A stretch of DNA of 64,000 bases, taken from Schmidtea polychroa. Lineage: Eukaryota. Location: assembly GCA_044892525.1 (NCBI GenBank), contig CM097887.1:27900001-27964000 (forward strand), given 5' to 3'. Every line of letters starts with the position of its first letter. Position 1 is the stretch's first letter. This document shows, in pieces, positions 1 to 12,880 of this stretch. The translations under genes and the position numbers were made by a program. A model generated the notes under the pieces. That model was not told where the DNA came from and did not search any database. It saw only the letters and a list, made by a program, of their open reading frames with translations.

Positions 1-177
1 TCACCGCTGGCTCAATTAATAATAATTTATTGATGAGTCATCGGATGACTCATGTGACCTTGAATGAGTCATCGGGTGAGTCGTTCAAGGTCGAGTGAGT
101 CATGCCTTTGTTTACAATTTTACCTTAAAAATAATTTTTTACCGGGGGGGGGGGGGGGGTATGTGAGCCAGCGGTGA
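1..177. mobile_element. Small MITE-like element with a terminal inverted repeat (may be cut by the window start), internal hairpins and clustered TGAGTCA sites
   Basis: TCACCGCTGGCTCA (1-14) is the exact reverse complement of TGAGCCAGCGGTGA (164-177). TGAGTCA/TGACTCA at 34, 46, 65 and 96. Poly-G run at about 143-159. Confidence 0.55.
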
Positions 178-439
178 CCTTACCATCTACTATCGAGCAA
201 GATTGGATTATTTTAAAACCGGATTGAAAGAATACGAATCTTAAAAACAACCAATAAACATCAAGTGGGACCATAATGACAATATTGATAATCACCTGAC
301 AAAAACTGAAAACTTGTTTGAACAAGTGAAAGCTGTCGTAAAATAATTTTTTTTATCTCAAGCCTTCCAAATATGATCTGAAGGGAATTAATAAAGAATA
401 GTTCTAGATCAGTAAATGATGAATCAAGATAAAATCAGC

Positions 440-1160
440 GTATTGATAGATAGAGATAAATCGAAGTAGGGAATGTTTAATTTGTCGAGGTACATCCCAT
501 TTTAGTAAAAACTGTCCCCATCGAGACCAGATAACGTGTGTCAAGTACTGTAAAAGGGACATTTCAAAATTTTAGAGGCCCATAAGAGAACGGGCTTTGA
601 AAAATGTCGAGTCATTCAAGTTCTCAATGAACAGTCAACATTAATACTCTTACAGATCAATGGTGTGGTGAAATGATTCATTGACATTGGATGCACTACA
701 ACAATCATTCGTGCTAACCATAGAGGTCGTTTAGTAGAGGTATCCAGTATCAACGGAGAAAAAATTATTGTTAATGAAAGTATCGCAACTTTTTTAATTA
801 TTGATAAATGTTGAAAACTATTGTTTCTAAACTTCCAAGATGGTGTGGTAATTGGAATTAATACTAAATCAATGATCGGTGGCGTCACAGTGACAGATTA
901 GACTATATTTCAGTCAGAGGAAACTGTATGTGGTAGCTCAGATTTGATCATGATTGAAAAGGATAATTTCTTTGCAACGTTTGATGAGCTTTGGATAGTT
1001 AAATGGATCTGGAGCGATTCACCCACTCTAAATCTTCGAAAATGTCAATATAAAATGATCGAAGATGGTGAAGTATGGGATACAATCCAAGATTGGATAG
1101 ATAAAGGATGATTAGTTCCGTACGATGTCGATAGAATTGGCGAATCCTATGGAGCACTTC
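440..1160 (+). pseudogene. Degenerate Ty3/Gypsy gag-pro remnant
   Basis: CCHC knuckle ECLICRGTSHFSKNCPHR near 470-525 and a decayed protease motif (FIDIGCTTTII) near 676-710. Many stops. Confidence 0.55.
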
Positions 1161-1499
1161 ATAATTAAACTAATTGCTTCATGTCTATATGAATGTGGGT
1201 AGTGTTATGTGTATGAACCTTTGATGAATCAATTTTCGTGTTTCATAATTATGATTACATAACAGTCTCTAATATCTTAAATATTAATACTTGTGATTGT
1301 TATAATGTAATAGAACTTAATTATAATCTTACATAACAATTATATTGATATTATATATTTAAGAGTATTAATGTTAAGAATTGTAATAAATAAAATGTGT
1401 TTATGTTCGAATAAAAATAAAGAAAATGTTAAAAATAAAGAGGAGCATTAAAGATAAAAAATTTAAACTAAGAATGATAAGCTTATGCATTTTGATAAA

Positions 1500-2900
1500 A
1501 GGAAAAAAATGTGAAATCAGAAAAAGGTAGCATTTATAATATATTTATGAGAATAAAAAACGAGACATGCGAAGTATTGTTTAGGACAAAATTGGGAGTT
1601 TACCAAGTTTACAGATGAAAATTAATAGTATTTTGAACAAAGAATTGATGTGATTGACCATGTTGTATGTAAATAGAAAGGGAAAATATCAACAGATAAA
1701 ATTTCCTGTACAAATGAAAGTAAATTAAAAACTAAAGATAGTTTTATTTGAAGTAGAAGTAAATGGGGTTGGAGCAGACATTGAATGTCTAATAGCAATA
1801 TGGTTATTGCTTAATATCATTGAAAGGAATTTAACTGTTAAATTAATTTAAAATTTAGTTGACTAAAAAAGAAAATGTTACTTTTGTAGTCATGGAAAAT
1901 GTTGAAAATAAAAATTGTATATTTGTATGTACTATTGTAGTTATATTTGGAGAAACTATAATATAAGACTAATAGAGCATTAAATATTTTAGATATAGAA
2001 GAAAATAGTGAATTGTTTAAAATAATTGAAAGAACCAAGTGCATATTCATGAAAAATAAATGACATATTGGTGAAACAAATTTGGTTAAACAATTCAATA
2101 GACACGACTGGTATACCTATTCTAGTCAATTTGCGAGGACAACCAATGCATTTAGAAAAAAAATAATTAAAGTAATAAGAAATTTAGATAAAAAAGAGTA
2201 TACTAAAGAAATGTGATTTGCAATGGAATTCTCTTCTAGTATGCGTTTGAAAGAAAAAAACTTAGATGCCTGAATAAAATTACTGGAAGAAACGCATCCA
2301 AATTGAATAAAAAACTTGATTAGTTTTCTCGGAATGTAATTATTATAAAAAATTTACTAAAATTATGGGAATTTCTATTAAAACATCAGTAATTCCTAAG
2401 TTTCATTCTTGATACTAATGCAAGTTTTGTTGCGATAGGTACAGTGTTATCACAAAAGGACAAACATGAAATGATTCGAACACTACGAACAAACATGAAA
2501 TAGAATATTGAATTACTAGAAAAGAATTATTAGCGATATATTATTTTATTCAACATTTCAGTCATTATGTTTATAGAGAAAATTTATTAAAAAAAATTAC
2601 AATGAACATAACAATTCATTAAAAAAAAGTTAAGCATAGGTGATTTTTGAAGTCAAACTAACAAAAGAATAATCCAAATGTCTTTAGAGATAATATTAGA
2701 TAATCACAAGAAAAAAAAATAAGAATTCCAAAAACGAGAATCGATTACAATTTCCAAGTTGGTGAAAAAGTTCTAAGATTGGCACTCGATTAAAAGAAGA
2801 TCGATAGACCATTTGAAATTGTCGAAAAAATAATTGAAAGAAACTATAGGTTAGAAAATATGAAGGATAAGATTTTAAACTAAAATATGAAATTGTTGAA
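1500..2900 (+). pseudogene. Highly decayed Gypsy pol debris
   Basis: RNase H-like fragment FILDTNASFVAIGTVLSQKDK near 2401-2462; frameshifted throughout. Confidence 0.45.
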
Positions 2901-4450
2901 AACTTTTAATGTTAGTCACTACTGGTGTACCTATTCTAGTCAATTTGCGAAGACAGCCAATGCATTTAGATGAAAAAAATTATTATTGTAATTAATATTA
3001 AATTTATCAGTATTATATTTTATTTATAAAATATTTACGTGAGATATTATTGGTATTATTAGAATATTTAGATTAATTATCAGTCAATATTATATACTTT
3101 GTTATTATTGACTATTTATTTCTATGACATAATTTTGAAATTTAAAATAAATATTTCTAATACAATTATTTTGTATTTAATAATTCAAAAATGGAAGTTA
3201 TCCGAGGAAAACCTCAATAGATAAATACAAAAATTAGGGTGGATTTGGTGGAGTAGAAAAACTAACAGAAAAGAGTGGCTAATTTTAAGAAAATTAAAAA
3301 AAAAGAAATTATCAAAGGAATAAATCATCACTTGATCTTTTTTCAATACACGTAAAGATTTTATTGTAATTAAGGAGATCGATTGAAAATATATTTCATG
3401 TGAATGTAAATATTAAAAACCGAATTTATTAATAAATAAAGTTGTTTGAATATCCTGAGATAAAACGATTTTTTAAATTTCTAAAACTTGTGCTGTATTA
3501 AAGAATTATAATTAATAGATGTTCGGTGGATGGCAACCAATAGTACTTTTTTTAATCAATTCCTGAAGCTAACATAAATCTGTAAAATCGAAGATGACAT
3601 AAATGAATTTGTCTAAGAATTTGAAAGGTTCTTTGAACTTACAATGTCATCCTGCGATTTACACCAAGCTTTGGTAAAAATATTTTTATCTAATGATCCA
3701 TAGGGTCTGAGCGAAAACATGGTGATCAGAAACCTTATAATGGGATGAGTAGAATACCTATGGTTCTTTAACTAAGCAACTTTAACTTATAAATTATATT
3801 GATTTTCTAAGGGTATCATTGAACCTATTTATAATCAAAGTAATCCCAAATACGAGTTTTAGAGGGCCGTCTCATTAGTAACTCAATAAGTACTATAGAG
3901 ACTTTTGAGATATCTGATGTCGTGTGATCTAAATACAAAATTAGTCGAAATCTCGGTCTTTTTCATTTAACTTCATACGAAAATAAAAGTAAAATAGACA
4001 CCATTCATATCAAAATACCAGTGACTAGGAAAATGCAGAATGATGAAACTGTTATAAAATATCAAACCGATAATCTGGACGATGAAACTCCAACAGCTAA
4101 CATTGAATTCTGATAACATTGCGCAGCAATCAGAAAACCAAATTCATGTCTTTCAAATTACATCAGATCCTGTTACTTGGAAACATTTACTAGAATTTAC
4201 TAGTTTCCTGAGGTTAGTTCCATAAAGTATAGATGTCGTTTTTTTTTGTTTTATTCATAATTTCTGTTTAGGAAATTTGATTTGTTACGTTTTATTACAA
4301 TGAAAAAAGTTAAAAATTTTCTTATAAATAAAGGTGACTTTTCTATAAATTTATTAATGAAATTTTTTATTTTTAATTTATAATCTTTTAGACCATAAAC
4401 ATGAATGGGAACATTTGCAGGTAAAATTACCAAAAAGCAAAAAAACCATA

Positions 4451-5400
4451 ATTTTAAAAAATGAAATTTAACATTCTGCGACGATTCGAGAAATCAGAGA
4501 AGGCTGCTGAGATATCAAAAGCTCTAGACCTGATTTCGACAACTGTCAGAACTATACTTAATTGAGATGGAGCTAAAATTAGAGAATCTGATAAATCTAT
4601 TACATCTTTAGATGTTAAAACAGTGACTAGTACAAGAAGTGCGATTATAAACCAAATGGAGTCTGCTTTCCATGTGGATTCAAAACCTGGTGGCATTAGA
4701 AATGCCTTTAACCAAAATTTCAATTTTAAGGAAGGCCAAAAACTTATTCGAAGATATTATAATGAAATTACAATGAAAGTGATAGTGATGCTGAAATAGA
4801 TGAAAATTTTGAAGCTAGCAGCGGCTGGTTTGAGAAATTTAAAGTTCGTGGAAATCTAAAAAATTGCTTTTACTGGGGAAGCTAATAGCGCCGATTGCGT
4901 TGCTACTGCGATTTATCCAACAGAATTGAAAGCCATAATTAATAAAGGAAGCTATTCTACGAAACAAATCTTTGATGATATAGGAATGGTTTGTTCTGGA
5001 AACTTTTACCTTTTAGAACGTTTATATCAAAAGTTGAAAATCTGCTTCGGCATTATCTATTCTTCTAAGGAAAAGTTTCATATATCTCGATATTTCAAAT
5101 TTCTCTAGAGTTCAATTTTGAAGAGATGGAGGAATTGCTAGGATCACATGATGATGAAATTAATAATGATTAATGATTAAATTAAAGCACCTAAATTTGG
5201 AATATGACTACTAAGAAAACAGCTCACGAGAAATTATTAATCAATTCAACTTGTCATAAAAACAGCTTTCCAAAGCAATGAGTTTGATTGATGATGTATT
5301 CGAGATGTTTTTTTTTGATAAATGATCATGACATTGATCGAAGCTCTGAAGTAGCTAGAGTGATAGATAACGGAATTAATTGCTATAAGGAAAAGCCACA
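4451..5400 (+). pseudogene. Degenerate Tigger/pogo (TIGD-like) transposase with internal deletion
   Basis: N-terminal HTH (KFNILRRFEKSEKAAEISKALDLISTTVRTIL), CENP-B-type FEASSGWFEKFK...GEANSAD...YPTELKAII near 4808-4950, and C-terminal DHDIDRSSEVARVIDNGINCYKE near 5325-5395. Confidence 0.8.
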
Positions 5401-5707
5401 GGAACCAACATCTACAGTATTGTTATGCAAATGGTGTGTCGTAAGATATTTTTCGTTAGCCGTGAAGCATTTGTCAAATATTTAACTTGCTAACATTTTT
5501 TGTAATGTAATAAAAATTTGTTGAAATTTTAAAATCAGTAAATATTGAATTTTAACGGACAATATTAGAATTGTATTCCATGAAAGACTAAATCGTAAGT
5601 AATTTGAAAGATATACGCATTGAATATATTTATTTTAACCCCTTCTCGTCATGGAAGTGTATTCCCATGTGGTGCGTTTCTATATAATCGCAGCGAAGGG
5701 GTGTAAA

Positions 5708-6000
5708 TAATGGACAAGTACGTGAATCGATCACAGGATAGCAAGTAAAAGAAAACCGATGACAATAAAAGCAAGTAAACAAAACAAAAAAGCTCATTGA
5801 AACGCAAATATAATCATTCCTACCTCAAATTTGATTTTGTTACATCCGAAAACGGAAACTCGATTCCAATTTACTTATTATGCTCTGCAACTCTCTTCAA
5901 TGAGGCAATGGTACCAAGTAAACTTTTTAGACATTTAATAACAAGGCATCCAGAACATAAAAACAAAACAAGAGATCTACAGAATCATTGGTATCTAAAT
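5708..6000 (+). pseudogene. N-terminal fragment of a hAT Buster/Charlie (ZBED5/SCAND3-like) transposase
   Basis: KRKYNHSYLKF...NEAMVPSKLFRHLITRHPEHKNK matches the BED-finger region of this family; the cysteines are decayed. Confidence 0.75.
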
Positions 6001-6249
6001 CTACACATATAATTGAATCAGGCGAATAAAGAATTTTTTACTTTTTTGTTATTTTGTGTTTAATTGAATTTTCGTAAATTTTCTGTTTTTAATGAATTAA
6101 TAAAGTTTCTTAAATTATTAATTTTATTATATCTGTTCTTGCGGAATTTTTTTGGGAGCCTATCTTTAATATTCACATGGTTTTTCATACAATATGTTAA
6201 TTCAATTTGCTTTTCAGACTGCGTCGCAAAATTTTGGAACGTATCTACG

Positions 6250-6430
6250 ACGCAAAGTGGGATCTAGGTGTATATACAAACTTGAATAAAAGTTCTATCT
6301 TGGATACTAATGCCAGTTTTGATAGAATTGGCGCAGTGTTGTCACAAATAGATGAAAATAGGAAAGAAATAGTAATCGCATATGGGTCAAAAGCACTGAA
6401 TAAACACTAATTAGGATATTGTATTACAAG
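6250..6430 (+). pseudogene. Gypsy RNase H fragment
   Basis: ILDTNASFDRIGAVLSQIDENRKEIVIAYGSKALNKH. Confidence 0.7.
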
Positions 6431-6432
6431 AT

Positions 6433-9400
6433 GTCTCACTTTCCTGTATTATATTATATTAACCCGTATAATTAATGCATATATTTATATTGTCCACCTT
6501 TTTCAAGTAATGTTGTTAAATCTTATTACATGACGACGACGCTTTCAACTCAAGAATTACTACAAATCCTTCCACAGCTGAAGTCTTATTTAATTGGAGA
6601 TGATCTAGAATGTTTCCAACGTATTATTTGATATATTTAGAAATAAAAACCAAATAATATTTCAAATAAAAAATATGCAGCTCCCTGGTTCTACCGTGGC
6701 TTGACACATTGAAGATATTACAATATCACATTACCACATTATAGAAGATATATACAGAATTGTGCCTTCTTCCTCCTTATATTGTTTGCATCAACATATC
6801 TTTGTGAATCATCGTATTCCAAAATGAAATATGCAAAAAAACGTATACATGAATCGACTTACCTTCTCATTCTCCTTCTCATTATATACTCATTCTCACC
6901 TTGATAACGTATTGAGGGTATCATGCAGCAATTATAAACCCGAATTGTCTAAAATTGTTGAAAATCTATCTCTATATCGAAAATCACACTAATTTTGAAA
7001 TAAACCCTTGCCCACGTAACTCTTTACTAATATATTTGTGGCCCAAAAGAAAATTAACGAAAAAGAATCGAAATATGACGTAGAATCAGAACAGAAACGT
7101 CCAATGCCAAATAAATATATTAAAAAATTGCAGAAAATGGATAAAGATAAATCAAAGATACAAGTTATTGTAAATAACTCTTATGCTTCAGTTTTAAAGA
7201 ATGCCCGATACAACACAACAAAAATGGAAAAGGATACTTTTGGAAATAAAAATCAGATTGACTGAAAAATGAATTTTTAAAACAACGAGATCAGTTTCAA
7301 GAAGGAAGAAATTTCAGTCAAGATTTCAGCAATCGACAACCAATTCCGCCGAGTTTTCAAAATAGAAATCCATAACGTTAAAATCTTCTATGTTAGGCAT
7401 ATCGTGAAATTGGTCACGTGCGTCATTAATGCCAAAATATTCGATGTTCGTGCTGTGTTAAGCCAAGTTTTAGGTATTTTCAAAAATAGAATTACTATGA
7501 AAGGTGATCCGAAAGAAATTCCAACCAGGAAAATGAACAAAACGACAGAAACGACAGGAGCGATTAATCAGATGTAAGCAATGATAAATTTTGAGGATCT
7601 TAAATATTGAATGTTTGACAGATAACATTACAAATATTGATTTTTCCCCAATCAACAATTTGATATTTATTTATTTTTATAATAATTTTAATAACATTGT
7701 AGGATAACTGCAAATAATACCTATTTGAAATAATGGTGCATGTTGAATTTTTATGTATGGTTATTATGTAATGTATGTCTGAATGTCAAAGGTTACTGTA
7801 TTATTGTATTACTGATGCATGTGTGTATCTTACTCAAGATACTAACAATATAATTACTTCCTCCGGGTGGATAATCAATTTTTTATATTAATAAATCTTA
7901 TGTTTCCAAAATCGTCTAAAAAATAAATTTGAATCTATATTTTTATGTAATAACGATAATAATAGATAGATAAATTTAATGATAATTCTCGTAATGTTAT
8001 AAAAAATGTATGAGTATTGTAATATTGATGGTAAACCTTTTAAGAATATTAAATTAATTTAAAATTTTATTCGATGTTTCAAAAATAAGTGTTCTCGAAA
8101 TTTATTAAAATTTGACAAGTGCATCATTACTTTGCCGTTCGGACTTTAATAAAACGTTAACATTGGATACAGATGATAGTTTCGACTGTATTGGTGCTTT
8201 TTTATCCCAAAGAGGCAACAATAATGAAGATAATATATGAATCAAAAAGTATGAACAAACATGAGATTATGTATTGTATTACGATAACAAAATTATTATT
8301 TGTTTTCTATTTTTCTCAACATTTTAAATTTCAAAATTGAATAAATTTCTTAAGTGGTCTTGATATTATTTTAGAATACTGCATAGGTGAGAAATATAAT
8401 AATGCTGATGCATTATCAAGACGGAATATTACAGTGTCAAATGAATCACATAGATGCTAATGCAGAGAAAATTAAAACGAAAATATTAGCAATGTCAGCA
8501 GAAGATCAAAAATTCAAGTGACAAAGTAATTCAAAAGAAATTACAAAAAAATATTGATAAAGGGAACACGAAATATTTTTATATAGATAATGGTATAACT
8601 AACAAAAAAATTACATTCCATCGAACGTGAAAAACGAATTCCTATTAGATATTCATAAAGAATTGTGTAAAGCTGGAATTAACAAAATTACTAAAATATT
8701 ACTAAAAATATTTTACTTCATTACAAGTTTAAAATGGTAAAGGTTTACGAATGTACTCGTAAACAGTTTCTGTGTATAGACGGTGTCTCCAGAGGCGAAT
8801 ATGATTTTTCATACGCCATGTTTACAAGTTTGCAGATATTTTTTGTGATTTAGCTAATTTGCAAGTGATGTGATTTCCAGTGTAACAGGGAAAGTATGCA
8901 ATAGAGTTGAATCAGCAATATTGTATACTTACCTGGCGCAAAGAGAAATCTTCGCGTCTCCTGTATAGTACTGATAGAGCCAAAAGCTCGAAACTAGTCT
9001 ACTATTGGGATTTGCACTGGGTATCATAAAGCTTGTAATGTTTATAAAATTACTAACTATTTATATAATAAAAAAACTATTATTTTAAGCCAATGGATAA
9101 AATTATTAACAATATTGTAACAACGTGTGAAATTTGCCAGAAATCCAAAGCTTTCATTGGTAAAACATAGAAATTTATTGAAAAGTTGAATGCTACCGAA
9201 CTATTTGCAAATATTTTCATTAATTATTGTGGTACATTTAAAACCACACTATCAGGATAATATATACTCGCTATTACCGACAATTTTAGTAAATACATAG
9301 TGTAAAAAGCAGTAAGAATACCAGGCGAAAAAACATAAGTCGACTATTTGTTAAGTTCATAGATTTTGAAATTTGATCCACTAAAGGAAATTCTCATTGA

Positions 9401-10050
9401 ATACTGCATTAAAATATCATATGAAGATAGTTTATTCAAGTTCTTATCATCATCTATCGAATGTGCAATTTGAAAAACACTTCCTAATACTGCGACTTGA
9501 TTTTTTGTTGTTTAGAAGAGAAAAAATATATGACATAGGAAGAAACATAGAGTTTGAAATGAATTCAACGATCTAACCAAATATAAATCAATCCAGCCGA
9601 ATTAGTTTATAGGAGGAAATTGTGCAAAGAGCGTCTTACTGTTGATCAAAAAACTAACGGAAAAGAATCAAAATACTAGATAATATCAAATCAGTTAGTG
9701 GTACAAATAAATATATACATAGATCATTCAGTGTTGATGACTAAGTACTCATCAAGGAAAATGTTAGAAATAAACAAGTCACTATATATTGTGGTGATTC
9801 TGAAATACTGGAAAAGTTCATAAAATAGTTATTTGTTAACAATTCTTGATGGTAAATTTATGAAAAATGTAGAATGGCTAAAGCCATTTAAAACAAGGGA
9901 ATGTGATGTAATTGTATTTGAATATTTGATTTCTCTTTCCCCTTATATTATATTAACCATTATAATTAAGGCGTGTTAATGCCTGCATGTTTAACTAATT
10001 ATCTTGATTGTCTGGGTCATTAGATTAATAAATGATCAATAAATTAACAA
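6433..10050 (+). mobile_element. Degenerate short-LTR Ty3/Gypsy element (LTR-gag-pol-PPT-LTR)
   Basis: Gag start MTTTLSTQELLQILPQ at 6530 is homologous to the ORF at 21887. RNase H TLDTDDSFDCIGAFLSQ near 8160, NADALSR near 8400, integrase CEICQKSK and YILAITDNFSKY near 9125-9300. PPT AAAACAAGGGAA then TGTGATGTAAT at 9902. Confidence 0.7.
8760..9045 (+). repeat. Dispersed hAT-derived fragment, inverted copy of about 48720-48930
   Basis: About 220 nt (gtttgcagatatttttt...gggtatcataaagcttgtaatgt) closely match the reverse complement of 48735-48930. Confidence 0.7.
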
Positions 10051-11596
10051 TGTTTGCAAGAGTAAGCATTGAAATTGACGTCAACGATGCTGTGAACTTT
10101 GAAAAAATACTGAAGAATAAATTCAAGAAATTCTCAAAGATGTAGATGATGTTTTGGAAAATGTGGAAGAAGTACCAGATAAAAGGCCTCTATCGGACGA
10201 TTCAAATTTGGAAAACGAGTATCTAGTCAAGTTTGCAGGCTTTGACAAGAAACATAGAAAATCAGTTATTATGTCCAGATGTTCGATATTCAGTAGGTGG
10301 TGATTGCAACGATCTTCTATGCTCTTTTGAAAACTTTCAAAAAATATTTATGAAAATAGCATCAATTTCAAAAAATAAAAACAAAAAAATGTGCAGTTGA
10401 CATTTTGTTTCTAAATAAATATTCTTAAAAGCGTAAATCTGTCTTTTTTGTTTTTCCTTATCTATTTTCCATTTTAAAAAATAATTTTGCTCGGGTTTTG
10501 TTTAATTTTTTGCATAATAAATATTGATCTAAGTTTTTTTATATTTTTTTATGCGTATTGACCATAAAGCTCTAACGTTTATGAAAAACAATTAGATGAG
10601 CCATCTCCTTATATACTTAATTTGAATACAGAAAACGCTTATTTCATAAACGTAGATTCGTTATCGAGAAGTAATTGTGTAACGTGTACTCTGTCAAACG
10701 ATTCATCCAGAATTAAAGATTGGGAAACTGAAGGCTAAACAGGGGGCTGAGGGTAAATATTAAAATTCTCATAATAAAGTTTGAATATCATCAGATAAAA
10801 CGATTTTTTAAATTTCTAAAACTTATTATAGAATTATATTCAATGGATGTTCCTACACGTTCTAATAATGTGCATTAATGTGATACTTGGATAGATTTTT
10901 TGCCAAAAAATTTTCTTAGTTATAATCGTTTGTCCTATAAAAGATCAAATTGATTGAGACCTGAAAATATTACAAACAAATTCAACACAAGGCTAGAAAC
11001 AAGGGTTGATAATCCCGTTGGAATAAGTAAAATCAACGCTTCTCTATTCATCAAAGTGTTTATAGTAATTGAGGCGATGAAGTATTTCAATTTTTATTAG
11101 AAATTTCTATGTTCAAAGTTGTTGACGAAAAATTATAGTTTTTATACAGAAACCAAAGTTTTCTATTCAAAAACACTTAGACCATATTGTCTGTAGAAAA
11201 TATAAAATTTCATTCGATTATAAGTCTTGAGATCATAAATTCTTTGCACTAAACCATCAAACAAATTTCCTATTCAAATATTTGGAGACTAAAATCTCCC
11301 ATAAAAAGATGTGCTCCAATTTATTCATCTGCAACAGTTCATTTTAATCTATCAATAAAAAGGGCGTGGAAAAATCACGGGCTGTAACACCTTCTTTGCC
11401 TATCATAGGATGTTACAGGGAGACATTATATACATACTTCATTGCTCATCTATACTTTGTGCTATCATTAAATTCGAAAGAGATAAAATCCTGTGTTGAT
11501 TGAATGTTACCTGTAGTCATAATGGGTGTATTTTATTATCAAAATATATACGACTGGATTTGATTTAAATCAAGAAATAATAAACTAATACGTCAC

Positions 11597-11981
11597 CTGT
11601 GAAGAATCCAAACAATAGTAGTGCAAACATCCTTGAAAATACATTCTGATCCGTCGGAGTTGTAAACATGAGATAAAGGATGCATGCCAAAGATCCTAGA
11701 AGGGCTAGCCATCCAAACTAATCATAAAATGATAAATTAATTACAAAATTAACGTCATTACTTGATAATATCCATAAACCACAACAAGAGCACCAAGAGC
11801 AGTAGATAACCAGCCAAGGGCCAAAGTTGCGTATACCTTTTGTAGATGTTCCTGTGTAGATTTATCACTATTTATCATTAAGATATATAAGATAAACTTA
11901 TAAAATGCAATTCAAAATCATTTACATGTGATCAAAATTGAACAAAGTTTGATAATCATTGCTGAGAACTGCAGTAGACAT
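11597..11981 (-). CDS. TMBIM6: Bax inhibitor-1 (TMBIM6-like), exons 1-3 only; 3' half not found
   Basis: Exons 11981-11926, 11867-11762 and 11717-11597 with GT-AG introns of 58 and 44 nt give MSTAVLSNDYQTLFNFDHIDKSTQEHLQKVYATLALGWLSTALGALV...LLGSLACILYLMFTTP...RMFALLLFGFFTG, which aligns to the BI-1 N-terminal half (STQQHLKKVY, LGSL, FAFLTG). Confidence 0.85.
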
Positions 11982-12880
11982 GGCACTAATGTTTTATTGG
12001 ATTTCTTTATTATTTTATAATTAATAACACAGTAAAACAAACTAACTATTTATAATGCAATAATAACTAATATTATCTAATTTTTATCCATGAATTTTGT
12101 GAGGAATTATGTTAAAATACGATTAAAATTTTATTACGTAAATTTCAAGAATTTTTTTAAGAAATATAAACTGAATGGTAAATTTGAAGTAAAAATTTTT
12201 TAAATGTTGGAACGTGACAAAACGTGACGTCGGTGGGTGGATGAGTTGAACTGAATGTGACGTCACACTAGTTGTATTTTTTGAACCACAGGAATTATTA
12301 TTGCAACAAATCTTCCTCTGCTACTATGCTACAGTGGTGCTGATACTCTGACTAGACAACGATGACTAACAATTATTGCCACTACAGGAAGCTCCCAAGC
12401 AGTCTAGAGGACTGTATGGTACCACTAGGGTACCCTCATTTCGTGAATAATAAAATGAAGTCACTATTGTGGGGAGGGTGGATCAACAGAAATGTGACAA
12501 AGTGTCAGGGTGGGTCAAAAATGGTCATTTATGCAATAACCCTTATTGATTTATGTCAGAATTAATTTTAAAATATCCAAAGAAAAATTGCTTAACATGT
12601 GCATTACCTGATTTGAACTTTAAATGTTACCAGAATGAGTTATTTTATATTATCGTTTGTTTATTTTACATCCTTTTTTGTTTATATTATGCGATTATAA
12701 AAATATATAATTCCGGCCACGTATTCAAAGGGCTAACCCTATATGTGCTGTATCATTTTTTTTTTCATAAAATTTTCCCTAATTGAATATCTAGTAATAC
12801 ATTGATGTATATTGAAATTATTAAAAGATAATACATAATTATTACGGTTAAATAAGATAAATTATTAATTCAATGATAGT

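Noticed and set aside
2107-2970. About 50-nt direct repeats at 2107 and 2921 as LTRs of a mini-element
   Set aside because: No TG...CA ends, PBS or TSD; both lie within decayed Gypsy sequence.
4454-4723. Minus-strand 89-aa hydrophobic ORF resembling a membrane protein
   Set aside because: It is the antisense shadow of the plus-strand Tigger transposase remnant.
11597-11981. Functional link between host BI-1 and the element's Bcl-2-like domain
   Set aside because: They are 20 kb apart and the element is a recent insertion; nothing in the sequence connects them.
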